A stretch of DNA of 64,000 nucleotides from Antedon mediterranea. Lineage: Eukaryota; Animalia; Echinodermata. The notes beneath the pieces were generated by a model. The model saw only the letters and a list, made by a program, of their open reading frames with translations. It was not told the origin of the DNA and searched no databases. The DNA lies in contig NC_092677.1 of assembly GCF_964355755.1 (NCBI RefSeq), positions 26,089,175-26,153,174 on the forward strand, written 5' to 3'. The position numbers and the translations under genes are program-made. The first letter of the stretch is position 1. Each line of letters opens with the position of its first letter. This document shows, piece by piece, positions 28,301-43,300 of the stretch.

Positions 28301-31300
28301 TTCACCATAATGTACTCGTCAAAGTACGTTTCTTGGTGTTCTGTGGCGTTCAGACGAAGAGCAAACTCAACTAAAATACAATGAATAGCATTGTGAGACG
28401 CCTTGTAGATGTTAAGCTCTGTCTACACTATCAAACTAGTTAGATAAAAAAAGTGTGATATGCCCAAATATGGTAGTGGTATACCAAATATGGTAGTGAT
28501 ATTCCCAAATTATAGTAGTGATATGACATCATCATGTTCTTTAATGGGCACATCACATTTTTTTGTCACATAAAGTTTGATAGTGTAGACAGAGCTTTAC
28601 ACACAGTAAAAGTCCATAGGTTTCAAATACATCTGCACAGCAAACTTAACCGAATGTTTGTCTGAAGTTTCCTAGTTTAGATTTTTACAAACTTCGTTTT
28701 TCTGCCGAGGTTTGTCACAAAAGCAAACATTTGTGGTGGTAAACAATAAAGAGAAAAAACAAAAAGTTTTCTAAAGTTTGTTTGTGCAAATAGTAGGCCT
28801 ACAAACTGCAGAATATACTATAGTTACACCCTTTTTGCCAAAAGTTTGCTGAGGATTATGAAGCCTCTCAAGTCTGTACATGAGTATGGTACGCGGAAGA
28901 AGAGTGATTTTCGTATTCCTCTAAAAAGAACAAATATAGGACAGAGAAGTATTGCCTATGGCAAATATTTTGAACCGTTTACCTGAAAACATAAAATCGG
29001 AAAATTTAAAAAGGAAATACAACAACTATTAATAAATAAATACTCATTCATGTAGAGTTCACTTTTGTTACTTTTACTTTTATTTCTATTTGTACTTTTA
29101 TTGTTTTATTTGCTAATTAGATATCTGTATTATAGGGTAATGCGTTTAAGAGCTTCGGCTCATTGCATACCCGTTTTGTATCAAATACGTTTTCCGTTCA
29201 TTATGATTTAATGATTAAACTTATAGAAATATTCTTGTAAAAAAAATACTGTATATATATATATATATTCTGTTGATACAAATAAATGGTACGTATAAGT
29301 ACCGCGAATGATGATGATGAAATCAAACGCGAATGCCAATATTACAAACGCGAATGCCAATATTACAAACGCGTCTGCCAATATTACAAACGCGTCTGCT
29401 AATAATTTCAAACGCGTCTGCCAATATTACAAACAAGTCTGCCAATATTACAAACGCTCTGCCAATATTACAAACAAGTCTGCTAATGTTACAAACGCGT
29501 CTGCCAATATTACAAACGCGTCTGCCAATATTACAAACGCGTTATGACTATTACTACATTACGTTATTAAGTATCGTATCTTTTTACATACATTTACGAA
29601 TGAAATTTAATTCCATTATTTACATTCAAACATTAACGCACCATAAATTGATTAGCAATTTCCATCAAGGAATGGAATTACGATTTTCTAATATATACAT
29701 TTTTAATTTCCTGTCGCCTCTATTTTCAAGTCATAATGAAATAGTAGGCTATCTGATGATTTCTCAAAGAATTGCACATTATTCGTAAAGTAATACTGTA
29801 ATACGAAATTTAATCATCTTTGCAGGGATTCTGAGAATGATTATTAATTAAGGCAATTGGTATTTACAGTAAATGTATTATGTCAACATGTAGGCCTAAG
29901 GTCACACAAAGAAAAAGTAGGCCTATGTGACCAGTGTCGTCAATGCATATCAAGTGAATCACAGTAACCATCGGCTGGGGTGGGAGGAGGTGGGTGGTCG
30001 GCAGGGGTTTTGAAGTGTCATCTGGGTGTTTTCTCTAATAACACAAGCTAGTGTTATCAACTTGTGCACGCGCTCATCATCATTCGTGACTGACGAAAAG
30101 TTTTTATTTAATTGATAAAAAACTAAATATCATTCTCAGAAAGTTCCTTACTTTAAGCTAGATAAACATTGTTATTCTAGATAAATTGCTTTGACGACAA
30201 ATGTCTTGAGGCGACAAATATCCCTACGCGAGGAAAATGGCTTGAGGAGGCAAGCAATAGGCCTACGCAAACAATCTGTAACATATTCCACCTGCCACTA
30301 AAGTAGTGACTTTTATTTATTGATACTTTTCATACACATCACATTATTGTTTGCCTTTCATGCTAATAATTTCCTTTTTAAAATGCAGTTTTCTCTGTGT
30401 ATATAGTCGCTGGAAATGTGCTGCGACGTTCGGGACATTTGTTATATCTGTCGACAATAATGAACTGTGTTGTCAAAAACAGGAAAAAACAAATTGTAAA
30501 AAGTGATGAATGTTTGAAAAATAGAAAAACGTTAAAAAGGAATGATGAATTGAACAAAAATGACATTTTTTTTAAAGCTAGTATTGTCGTTTCACGAGTG
30601 GAATGGTCAACCAGTCGGATATTGTAAAGATTAAGGGCAGTCTTACGAAAAATGAGTAATGGGGAATATAGTGAAGTTTAAACTCTTCTTGTCCTGTATT
30701 CACCTGCTGTAGGCCGGTAGAGGCTGGTAGGCCTACATAATGAATGTAGCCTTTTCGGATGAAGCATGACAGAAGTTGACTTGATTACAATATCAAATAT
30801 CACTAATAGCGATATCAATTTCATAAATTTACATACACATCAAATATAATCGACTTATTAGATTGATTTAGAATAAGAAAAAGTAGTACACGTCAGGAGT
30901 TATGATACTGCTTAAATATGGGGCGCCGTGCCGTAATTATGTATGTTCCATACGGCTCCCCGTACTATATAATAAAACGTTAAAGGATATTTCTCGGGTT
31001 TAAAGATCGTTCCTCATCTATATGACGTCACGTGAGTTGATCAGCCATTACTTGCGGCGCGCTTACGTTCAATTGGTAACCATGCTTTATACTACTATGT
31101 TTAATTTTAAAAATATATAGTTTCATGAAAACATTTTTTTTGTGTGTGAATATGCCATTTTAAAATCACACTTTAACTAAAAACTTTTACAAAAAGTCCA
31201 TTCATTTCAAGCAAAAAAAAAAACAAACAGATATTTGGTGTTTGGTTACTTTAACCGTTATTTTATCTTTTTATAAATGAAACCATTATGATTTTATTTT

Positions 31301-34300
31301 TTTTTTTTACCGAAGTGAATAAGTTTTAAAAATTTGAAACTGCAAACTAAGTCTGACCTTTTTCATTCAACAATAAAAAAAAAAATTATTATAATGTTAT
31401 AATATTTAACAATAGAAATTCTAAACCATATAAATTTACTTTAATAACTCTTCTTCAAGAATTTTCTAATAAAACCAATCGATTATTATTTCCGGAATGA
31501 TATATATATATATATTTTTTTAATTTTTTATTAATATAGTACTGTAATCGCATTTCAGACTGTAATTTAGCTGTTTTGATAACACAATAACACAGAATAG
31601 TGACAATGTATTATGTAGTATATTAAAACTCTTAGTTCATAGATGAACGCCGCAAAAGTTACACGCACAAAATGCTCTTAGGTCAGCTATCTTACGCGGA
31701 AGCTGTACACGTACATCAAAGCTGCGTTAACGCACCTGTATGTACTAACAATTCTGCGTTATAAAATATCTTCGTAATAAAAAATAAATTATGCACAATA
31801 AAACCACAAAGAGACACTTAATAGTGATATGAAACACGCTCGTACAAACATTAATAATCATTGTGTTTTTACACGCGCGCGTACAAACATTGATAATCAT
31901 ATTTTACACGCGCGCGTAAAACATTGATAATCATGTTTTTAGACGCGCGCTACAAACATAGATAATCATGTTTTACACGCGCGCGTACAAACTGTAATGT
32001 AGTGATATAGATTTATAATTGAAAAATCAACCTTAGTATCACATTTCGATTGGGTACACGAATTTGCCCCAGAAAGGTCCAGTGAAGAGATTGTCCAGAT
32101 GTTTTAATGTCCATTAGTCCATAATTAAACCCAAAAGAAGAGTTAATTTGACCTTATGACCGTTCACATCATAAAACTACTAGATATTGACAGTTTTAAG
32201 CAGAGATTCGACAGAGCCAATTCATCATTGTAACCCCCCCCTCCCCCCAGATAAAATCAATCACTTCCATCCAAACGTACCTGGACAGACTTAGGACCAA
32301 TCATTAAGCTCACAGACGATGTAATGACATATGCTAATGAACAGAAGGCGGTATACACGTCATAGACACTTCTTCGAAGAAGATTCATTTTTATTCATTT
32401 ATTCATTTATTTATTTATTGCACTTTACAAATATATAAATATAAAGTGGAGGAGCCTAAAAGAAAGCAAAGCTTGTGGTGAATAGGCTCCTCAAAACAAA
32501 ACAAAAAAAAAATAAAATAAAATAACACAATTAGAAACTAAAAAAACAAACAATTTAACTAATATCTTTTCTTTAACACATAAGTTAAACATGTTTAAAA
32601 CTAAAAAAACAAGTAAAAAAAAAGATTATATAAATTTTCTTCGAAAACACACCTCACAGACACTTCTTGGAGCACACACCTTACCGACACTTCCTCAGAA
32701 GCACATCTACAGCCACACCTCACTTCCAGCATCACTTACCTTGGTCCTGTTTCTTCATAATTATATCGTATTGTGTATTATAACGTATTATTGAATAAAC
32801 AACTGTGATATTAAATCAACCAAGCGAGTAGAGTCTTTAATACAGTAAAACCTCCACACATTATTACAAAATATTAATAATCATTATATGGTACACGCGC
32901 GCGTAAAAAAATTGATAATCATTATGTTTTACACGCGCGCGTAAAAACATTGATAATCATTATATTTTTACACGCGCGCGTACAAACTTTGATAATCAGT
33001 TTATTTTTACACGCGCGCGTACAAACATTTACAATGTATGAAATCAGTGACAATATTGATCTTATTAAAGGATGTTCATGTAACGAGATTTGTAATCCTA
33101 TATAGATTTGAAGAACAAAAACAGAATACAATTGTTTTAAAAAGAATCACCGTATGGCGTATGCATTGATGTAAATAAATAAGAACATAATATTATCTCA
33201 TACTATAATTGAAATTGAAATGAAACGCCGTTAGGTTTTTTTCTTTTTTTGCAACTTTCAGCAGCTTTTGTTTAATATTGTAAACATTATTATAATAATC
33301 GTAAGTATCAGTTGCTGGTATCATCTTTGACATGCGCAGAGACGATCTTAAAGATGTATTGTCCCCTAAAAACATGAAAAATGAAGATTAATTAAATCAG
33401 ACTTTGAATAGGTTATTTTGTAGTTTTAATAAAGTTAATCACTTCCGTAGAAAAAAAACCGAAAAAAATGATCTTTTCACTTATTAAATAACATAATAAA
33501 TGGTTAAATTCAACCAAAAATCTATTGGCTGGCAGCCAATTTGACCATTTTTGCATTAAATTCCAGTTTTTTCAGGTAAATATTTTTTTTCCCCATTCAA
33601 TTTTTGGTCGAAGTCAATAACTATTATGTGACATTAAAATGGTATATTAAAAAAAAAAAATGTAAAATTATTTGTCAGGAGGACAATACATCTTTAAGTA
33701 TCCATTGTTGTGTCACCTTTGACATGCGCAGACGATCATAACTATCTATCGCATTATAGAAAAGTGGAAGATGTAAATCCTTTTTTTTTTGTTTGAAAAG
33801 AAGATAATTCGACATCACACTGTAACAACATTTTAACCTTGAATATGCAGTAATGTGCGAACTGTAATTAATTCCACGATACCTTTGTGAAATTGACAAT
33901 CAATAGAAGCTAATAGGTGCAGTAAACCTGAAACAAATTTTCAACAAAAGGCATTTTCCCTCAGGTTAAAAAGAATCTGTTTTACATGAGTCTCAAATGA
34001 GAGATCTGGGTGATTTTTGAATACCACTGCACACTGGTCGCTCTAATTGAAGATCCATGCTAAAAAAAATGGGATGAAACGACCATCAACAAACCATGGA
34101 GTTATAATCTATTTTTATACCTCCATGAACAAACAAACAAGCATCAAGATGATGAGACGGGACCTTCATCTTCCTCAACCTAAACTAACTAAAATGAAAC
34201 TTAACATTCGCTATAGTGGTTCTAAACTATTCAATAATCTACCTCCCGAAATTTCATCATCGTCTTCTAGCAAAATGTTCTCTTTTAAACTTAAAGAATA

Positions 34301-37300
34301 TCTTATTTCAAATTATAACTAATTGTTTTCTCTATTTTGTAATATTTTTTTTAACTTTAGAAACTTTTTCGAAATTGCTTCCTTTTCTGTTGGTGTGTGT
34401 GTGTGTGTCTGTTGATCTTTTTGTGTATGTGTAGTTATATGTTTACATTTATATATACAAGTATATAATCTTCTTACATGGCTTCCCAACATACAAGTTG
34501 CAATTGGATTTTTGTTTCCAATTGATCGATACTTTCTTGGGTTTTTTTGCCTCTTTCATTTTGTATATAACTGAATCATCTTTTTATACAATATGATTTA
34601 CTGTATTATATCTCTAAAAAAAAAAAATATTTATTTATAAAATATCAGAAATTATAATGTTTTTTTACTCAAATATGAAAGAAAGAAATAAATGTTTATT
34701 TGAATTTGAATTTGAAAAAATGAGGAAGAGGCCTTCGTGATGAATATTGACTAATTGATATTCGTTCGCGACAGACGTCTGCAATCATTATCATACAACA
34801 TCTCAAGTATGAATAAATCGTTAGCTAGTCCTACTGTGTATTTTGCCTTTTGCGCGGGAAAATCCCAATAACGTTTGCGCGTGGCAGGCAATAATAAATA
34901 GCTACAGGAATGTGTTTTCGTCAGCCTATAATGGAATCTACAGCCTGTAAAAATAGTGTTTAGATCTTAAACATGTATTTTGTTTTGCTTTTTCCACACG
35001 TTTAATCTTATACATGTTTATATATGAACATGTTTAGGTTCTAAATACATTCTAAACATGTAGTAGTCTGTAGGCCTATTCAACTCAATACATCATCAGT
35101 GTTGATTGTTAAACATGTGGAGCAATATAAAGACACGTTTAGTTTTAAATGTGTTTAATTTGCCATGTGTGGAGCTCATGTGTGAAGCTTTTTCCCGCCA
35201 CAGTAAATTATATGCACGCAACGCTAAACACGTACCTAAACATGTTGACTGAACATAATAGTGACATGTTGACTGAACATATTAGTGACATGTTGACTGC
35301 TAATCGAGTGAAGGAAAACAACATGTAGATATAAACACGTTTAGGTTTTAAAAACGCTAAACATGTAACTCGTGTTTAAAAGCTAAACGTGTGGAAAAAG
35401 TGGGTATACAAAATAGGTGTTTAAGATCTAAACATTTTTGACAGTGCATGAGGCATGCCAGGCAATGATGAATGATATTTCTGTTAGGCATACAAACTAT
35501 GCCTAAAACAACATGAGCAATAACCAACAAGATAGCGTGCAAATAAACAATGGTTATGTATATTTTATTAACTAAGGATTACCATTGTGAGCGGATGTTT
35601 TAATAATGAACGCGTCACAGCCACTTAATTACTTTACTTTTATACACCTTCTGTCTACTAATGGTTGAGCGAATTAATATGTATTACAAAAAGTACACTA
35701 ACATCGTTTAGCATTCATATACGTGTATGCTTCGTGGCAATACTAACTTACTTATTTCTCTACATTCTTAAGAAAAAGAAGCGATATTAACATTTATATC
35801 TAAAACGTTTTCTAAAGCTTGGTTCCCACTAGAACGTAACGCAAGGACGTAAACGCAACGCAAGCGTTTTAACCAATGACAAGCGAAGTTATAGACAGTT
35901 AGCAATCACAAGCGAATAAGCCATCGCTTGTGATTGGTCAATTCACTTGCGTTGCGTTACGTCCTTGTGTTGCGTCGCTAGTGGGAACCACGCTTTACCA
36001 GCAATACACGCGTCTCTACGGTAATATACTCAAAATTCTTAGTTCTCTCAATAGCCGTAAGGCTGTTTGATCTCAATCCTGAACCGTACGTACATTCAGT
36101 GGCAATCAGCGGCGTAACAGCTATGAGCGCTCACTGGCTAAGCCCAGGGGCCCCGGAGCTTATGGAGGCCCCTAAAGCTTGGTTCCCACTAGAACGTAAC
36201 GCAAGGACGTAAACGCAACGCAAGCGTTTTAACCAATGACAAGCGAAGTTATAGACAGTTAGCAATCACAAGCGAATAAGCCATCGCTTGTGATTAGTCA
36301 ATTCACTTGCGTTGCGTTTACGTCCTTGCGTTACGTTCTAGTGGGAACCAAGCTTTAAAATTGGTTCCCACTAGCGTCGCAACGTAACGCAATCTACTCA
36401 ACGTAAAGCGTGGTTCCCACTAGCGACACAACGTAAGATAATGCCCTTCCCATAATTGTGTTTGCCCCCGCCTGCGTAAAATCAAATCTACGATATGTGC
36501 AGCACTGTTGCGTCGTCGGTTCCCACTTGTGATTATGCAATAGAGCTCCTTGCGTCAATACGTCGTTGCGTTCTGTCCTAGTGGGAACCACGCTTTAGCA
36601 AATGCCTTTCTTCCCAATAATCATTACGTTTTCCCCCGCCTGCGTGAAATCAAATCTACGATGTCTGCAGCACCATTGCGTCGTCGGTTCCCACTGTCGA
36701 TACGTCGCGGCGTTGCGTTCTAATGGGAAACACGCTTAAGCAGTACCCAGAGGAAAAAACAAGCATTAAAATATTTAGAAAACGGCTAAAAACGCATAAG
36801 GCCTCCAGCGTTGGAGGGCGGCGGCCACTTCAGGCTTCTGCGTTACGTCACTGGTGGCAATTACCCCGACCCCTAGTGCAAAATGAAAGGAATGAATCTA
36901 GTGTCTTTTAATCTGTTTTATTTTAGATTGATTGACAAGAGGGTGTGACTAGGGCCCGCGCTCCGACAATTATGGTAATTTGTTGGAGCTGACGACAATA
37001 CATACTTTACGGTTTTAATTTGAAATGTTACACACTATCGTGTTTGACCCCGCAAGCAGAGCTAACAGTTTCAACGCGTTTTTGTTTAGTAATTGGTAAA
37101 TAAAATCGCTGTTGGAAATTGAAGAAAAATTCTATAGCCTTATATGTATTATAATAATAATAGGAATCTGTAATTTGATTGTAGCCCCGTGTGGTGTGAT
37201 GTGATTAAAAAGTGAAACATATCTCCAGGAAACATGAGTGTAGAATTATATGAATGATTGATTCCAACTTAACGGATGATCTTTAACACAGTATAAATAT

Positions 37301-40300
37301 TACGTTTATACAGTGTCAGATGGTTGGTCGACAGGCAATTCTAATCTTGTTCGACAAATCTTCATTCGAAATACAGTTTCAAATCTTATCTCGATCTTTA
37401 TCTGAATTGTCCAATCATGTTTTAAGAGATGACAGCGTGTATGGTGTGCTGATTGAAATCCTTTAGTCCGTATTGTTTATACTGTATCAAGAGGAACATA
37501 ACGTTTTGCACGCCGTACTCGTATTTATGTCAAATCACGTGTCATAAAGCTTCACGCGCGCCCACAAAACGCATTCATCATTTTCTTTTTTTTATCGACA
37601 ACTTCTCAATATAATGTAATAATAGTGACCCATCATCCTTAAAGTAGAGTGATGGACATACAGACAGACCGAACAATGTATATTTAAGATTGGTTCCGAC
37701 TATAAGACGTAACGCAATGACGTAAGCGAATCCAAACACAAGCGGTGGATTATTCAAACTGTCGCTTGTGATTGGTCAATTTGGTTGCGTTGCCGCTTAC
37801 GTCCGGTCCTTGCGTTGCGTTCTATAGTGGGAACCAAGTTTTACAATATTATAAACTAGGGCTTAAATGGCCGAAGTGGTTTTTATGGGTTTGATTAGAA
37901 AGTTTCAGTGGCGTAACGCAGATGCCCAAGACCCCTGTTATAGGAGTGGCCCTCCAACGCTAGTGGTTCGACATAATTGTAATGCCTGTTTTTCCACTGG
38001 TTAATTTAACTCTTTTTCATTCAAACAAGAAACAGGTTATACATTATACGTTTACCAGGTGTTATTCAAATCCTCAGTATGTCTACTTTGTCTAGAATAT
38101 TGAAAGTACAGTACATTACTGAGAGCCGTTATTGATTCAATTTGCTCGTGTGAATGCTATCTATGGTGAGTGGTAAGTGGTAACGCCAGTGGAATCCTCA
38201 TCATATTTCTCACACACCTGTCTTTCTTCAGCTGTGTTTTAATCCACAGTTTGATGTGAGCTTTAGCAGTTTCTGCCACCTGTAACGTCACCCTTCACCT
38301 CCGATGCTGAGTTTACACCGGTAGCTTACGTAAGTGTACCGTTTCGTTCATTGAACCGTTGTGAATTGTAGGCTAGGCCTAAAGCTTGGTTCTCACTAGC
38401 GACGCAACGTAACGCAATCTACGCAACGTAAAAAAATTCCCTTCCAATCACTGTGTTTTCCCCCGCCTGCGTGAAATCAAACCTGCGATGTCTGCAGCAC
38501 TAATTTGCGTCGTCGGTTCCCATTTGTGATTACGCAATGCGGCACTTTGCGTCAATACGTCGCTGCGTTGCGTCCTAGTGGATACCACGCTTTAAGCGTG
38601 GTTCCCACTAGCGACGCAACACAAGGACGTAACGCAACGCAAGTGAATTGACCAATCACAAGCGATGGCTTATTCGCTTGTGATTGCTAACTGTCTATAA
38701 CTTCGCTTGTCATTGGTTAAAACGCTTGCGTTGCGTTTACGTCCTTGCGTTACGTTCTAGTGGGAACCAAGCTTTAGGGGCAAGTCTACCTTATTTCATG
38801 TATTTCAGTTTTAGCTCGAATTATTTCTTCAACACTCAGCTCAGGCTGGTAATACAAGTTATGCACTCCTGTCGAGATGACGCAAAGTGTACCTAGACTT
38901 AAAAGTTCGCTCCACTTATCAGCTTAATAGCATTGGTTATACAAGTTAGTTGGTATGAGATACAGTGTATTTGATTGGTAGGCCTACATACGTAGCAAAC
39001 GTGCTCAATGTAAAATTCAGAATAAAAAAAGATAATATCTTTAACGTAGTATATTAGAGTGTTGTCAAATATGATTTGTGTGAAAAAGAATGACAATTTG
39101 ACGTTTTTCGTAGACACCTTTGGCGTGGTAAACATGACGCTTTTGATGGTTGCATTTAAAATTATCTAAACAGAGTGCGTCGTGGAAAAATCAATCTAAG
39201 TATTCATCGGGCACAACTTTTTATAAGTATACATCTGAACTTTTCTTTTTTTTTAAATATTTTATTTTGTATCTCCATTGAGATCCTCCAGCCACTAATT
39301 AATACCCACAGCATTGTCATATTTTCAGTGCTTGTTTTATTTGTATCTCTATTGAGATCCAGCCACTGATACCCACAGCATTTTCATTTTTTCAGTGCTT
39401 ATTTTATTTGTATCACTATTGAGATAGATTTCTAGCCACTGATACCCAATGGAAATTTCTTCACAAATTTGCCTTTGAATTTATATTTTGTCCTGGGCTA
39501 TTTATGTGTAAAGAATGTCGTTGGAATCAATTCGCTTTAAGATCTGTCTACACTATCAAATTTTATGTGACAAACAAATGTGATGTGCCCATATATGGAC
39601 ATGATGATGTCATATCATTACCATATTTGGACACATCACACTTTTTTGTGGTCAAACTAATCTGATAGTGTAGACAGAGTTTTAGAGCCTTTCACAATGG
39701 TTTACAATATCAGCGTACCGATCAATCAAGGTATCAAATGTCAATCAAGATATTATACGTAAATAAAGTCAACACGCTTATCAATACATTTTCAATCAAT
39801 TATCTCGATATATCTGAGTCAATTAGCCATTCAGTTGTGGATTATTAATCTGTAAGATGTCTGTGAAATTCGATCTTTTTGAAAGAAACAATACAATGAA
39901 AGGAGAATGGAGATACAGACGCTGTACGTGTTCGATGAATTAAATGTACAGAAAATTAAAAGAAGACAAGCTTCGTTCCCACGTAAAGGCGTAAGGCCAA
40001 TTCACACAGACGAGTTGTACGTGTTTGAGGAAAGTACAGAAATGGACGGAAGACAAAACTAAAGCTTCGTTCCCTCGTAAAGGCGTAAGGCCAATTCACA
40101 CAGACGAGTTGTACGTGTTTGAGGAAAGTACAGAAATGGACGGAAGACAAAACTAAAGCTTCGTTCTCCAGTGAAGGCGTAAGACCAATTCACACAGACG
40201 AGCTGTATGTGTTCGAGGAAAGCACAGAAATGGACAGAAGACAAAACTAAAGCTTCGTTCCCACGTAAAGGCGTAAGGCCAATTTATACAGACGAGCGGT

Positions 40301-43300
40301 AACGGTAAGCGGAAAACTGCGTAGCTTGTCCCACATAGAATCCGTATGCCTATCTAAATCCTGAGCGGAAACCTCCGTCCGCTCCCGTGTTCTGTGTAAG
40401 TTAATGGTCATAAGAAATATAATATACTCTATTTGTATTACCGTTACCGCTCGTCAATTGACATTTAGGCGCATGCAAGTGAGGTGGCCAATCACAAGCG
40501 AAAGGATCCAATACGTCAAGTTGCGTCGCCCAACAAGTGTGTGGACACAAGCTTATTAAAATGCCTGGAATCTCAGTACATCACACGGCGCGTACATAAC
40601 GTCACATACTTTCAGTTTTGAATATTGTTAATTTTGCAAATTGAATATTACCACATAAGACTAATATGTCAATCACATCATAGAGGAAATATCCATGAAC
40701 ACATTAAGACCGTTTAGTGGAACAAAACAGGGTAAGAAAATGTTGCCATGGTTACATTGTTTGAAGGTGGTCTTTTGTGAAGACGCCACCACAGCCTGAC
40801 ATCTTTTTTAAGCCGGGGTATTTATAGATAAATAGGACATCCAGCAGTGACGTCATCTAATAAAAACAACCACTTACTGTTTCCAAGGTAATTTTCATGT
40901 TATAAAAACATTAAAATCAACATTCTAAATGACTAATATACGAGAAAATAATTATCTAAATTAAAGGTTTTATTTAATAATTTCACGTTGACAGGTGTCT
41001 TTTAAATATTTCTCTGCTTGACGTAACAATACGATTTGAATATTTTATATTACGATTGTGAATAAGCATATCACCTCTCTGTGTGGCTACCGTCATGTAG
41101 AGAGGACCACCAGAATCCGCGGTAAATAGGCTAACTAGCACTTAAGCTTGGTTCTCACTAGCGACGCAAAGTAACGCAATCTACGCAACGTAAGAAAATG
41201 CCCTTCCAATCATTGTGTTTGCCCCCACCTGCGTTAAATCAAATCTGCTATTTTTACAGCAATGGTGCCGGTGCGTCGTCGGTTCCCACTTGCGATTACG
41301 CAATGCATCACTTTGCGTCGATACGTCGCTGCGTTACGTTGCGTTGCGTTCTAGTGGGAACCACGCTTTAGCCACTGTACAACGAAGGTTAGTCAAAGGA
41401 TCTTCTTAATAAGAAATTATTTACAGATACTCTGTTCGACTCGAGATTCCCTCGCTATACCTATACCCTCGCGAGCATGCCTCGTCATTTGGCACTTGGA
41501 TAGTGACATAAAGTTCAATTCAAAATTGCATTTCTTAAAGATATTTATTACTGTACTCGAGATTCCCTCGCCATGCTTATAGGCTACCCTCGCGAGTATG
41601 CCTTAACCATTCATTTGGCAATTGGCTATAGTGACATTGAGCTCAATTCAAAATTGCATTCATTATAATTATCTTTTCATGGACGACAAACGTTAGGCCA
41701 TGAATAACTAGTCCTCCGCTGTTAATTGGACCATAATTACTGTAAATTATTAAGATATACATATTAATTATATTAACAAATAACTAAACTAATTATATTT
41801 TATTTCACAATAAAGGCAAAATTATTAATAAGATAGGCTCACTTTTTGTTAACGATAAAGTAATTAATGAGGCTGAGACTGTATCGTTTGTTGGAGTATC
41901 ACTTGATAAGAATCTTACATGGAAAACTCATCTCAACAATTTATGTAAAACATTACGTACAAAAATAGGTATTTTTTTTATAAATTAAGGTATTTTCTTC
42001 CTCAAAGTATTTAATGTTAATTTATAAATCATTTATTTTACCACTAATTACCTATGGTATTGAAGTATGGGGAAGTACACATTTAAGTTACTTAAACCAA
42101 GTTCTACTTATTCAAAAGATGTTCGTTCGCTGTGTTACGTTTTCTGATTTTAGAGCACATTCTATACCTTTGTTTAAGCAATTGTTGATTTTAGATGTGT
42201 TTAAATTGTATGAGTTGCATGTGCTTAAATTTATTTCCGATTTATTTTATTCTAGATTACCTCATCATATTATACTATACTTTAACTATGTAAACCATCC
42301 ATTTAACACCCGATTTAATGACCCGTTTAATCTCTCGATCCCCTTTTGCCGTACGACCCTATCTCAAACCAATATAACATACCAAGGTCCCAAACTCTGG
42401 AATAAAATCCCAGTAAATATTAAGTCAATTTCATTTAGAACACAATTTGCCATCAAAGTCAAAGAACATTTAATAACCTTATATGATGCTTAGTTTTTTT
42501 TTCTAGTTTTATCTATTTAAAAAAAAAAATAAAAAAATGTGTATAATACTCTTCTATTACTTATTTCATATTCATATTGATAATGCCAGTGAGTTATTAA
42601 TTTTCATATATGTAATTAATTTTCTTCAGATTTTTCTTTCTCAGAAATGATATACGTTCTAGTTTAAGTTTTATTTATTTTAAAAGGCCAAAACTCGATA
42701 AGCGAAAGCTTTTTTTTTTTGGTCTTTTGTCTTTAGTTTTGATTTTATGTATGTGAAAAAGAACTAACAAGAAAGAAAGACAATAAAGATTATTATTTGT
42801 GCCGTGACCCATAAAGCGTGGTTCCCACTAGGACGCAACACAACGACGTATTGACGCAAAGTGCTGTATTGCATAATCACAAGTGGGAACAGACGACGCA
42901 ACAGTGCTACAAACATCGCAGGTTTGATTTCACGCAGGCGGGGTCAAACACAATGAGTGGAAGGGCATTTTCTTACGTTGCGTAGATTGCGTTACGTTGC
43001 GTCGCTAGTGGGAACCAAGCTTTACTAGGCCTCCGCTGTTAATTGGACCATAATTACTGTCAATTATTAAAATATACATATTAATTATATTTGTGCCGTT
43101 CTTTTGAAGGACGCGAAGTTGTAGGTTTCACGTGACCCATGGTGCGAGTTCATATGATGGTGAAAGGAGATGAGCTTTTAGAAAATCATGCGATAATGTA
43201 AACAGCAGTAAATACGGCGCTCGTGATGTCTTTAAAGTATTATTACATTTTTATCAGGCCTTTCTCTGGCCTTGAGAAGACGTAATATAATAAGAGCCAT

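Noticed and set aside
29208-29788. ANITNAS repeat ORFs
   Set aside because: 21-bp minisatellite with frame-breaking variants
38165-38300. Exon-like minus-strand stretch in GPCR intron 1
   Set aside because: No recognisable homology; exons 1 and 2 already join in phase
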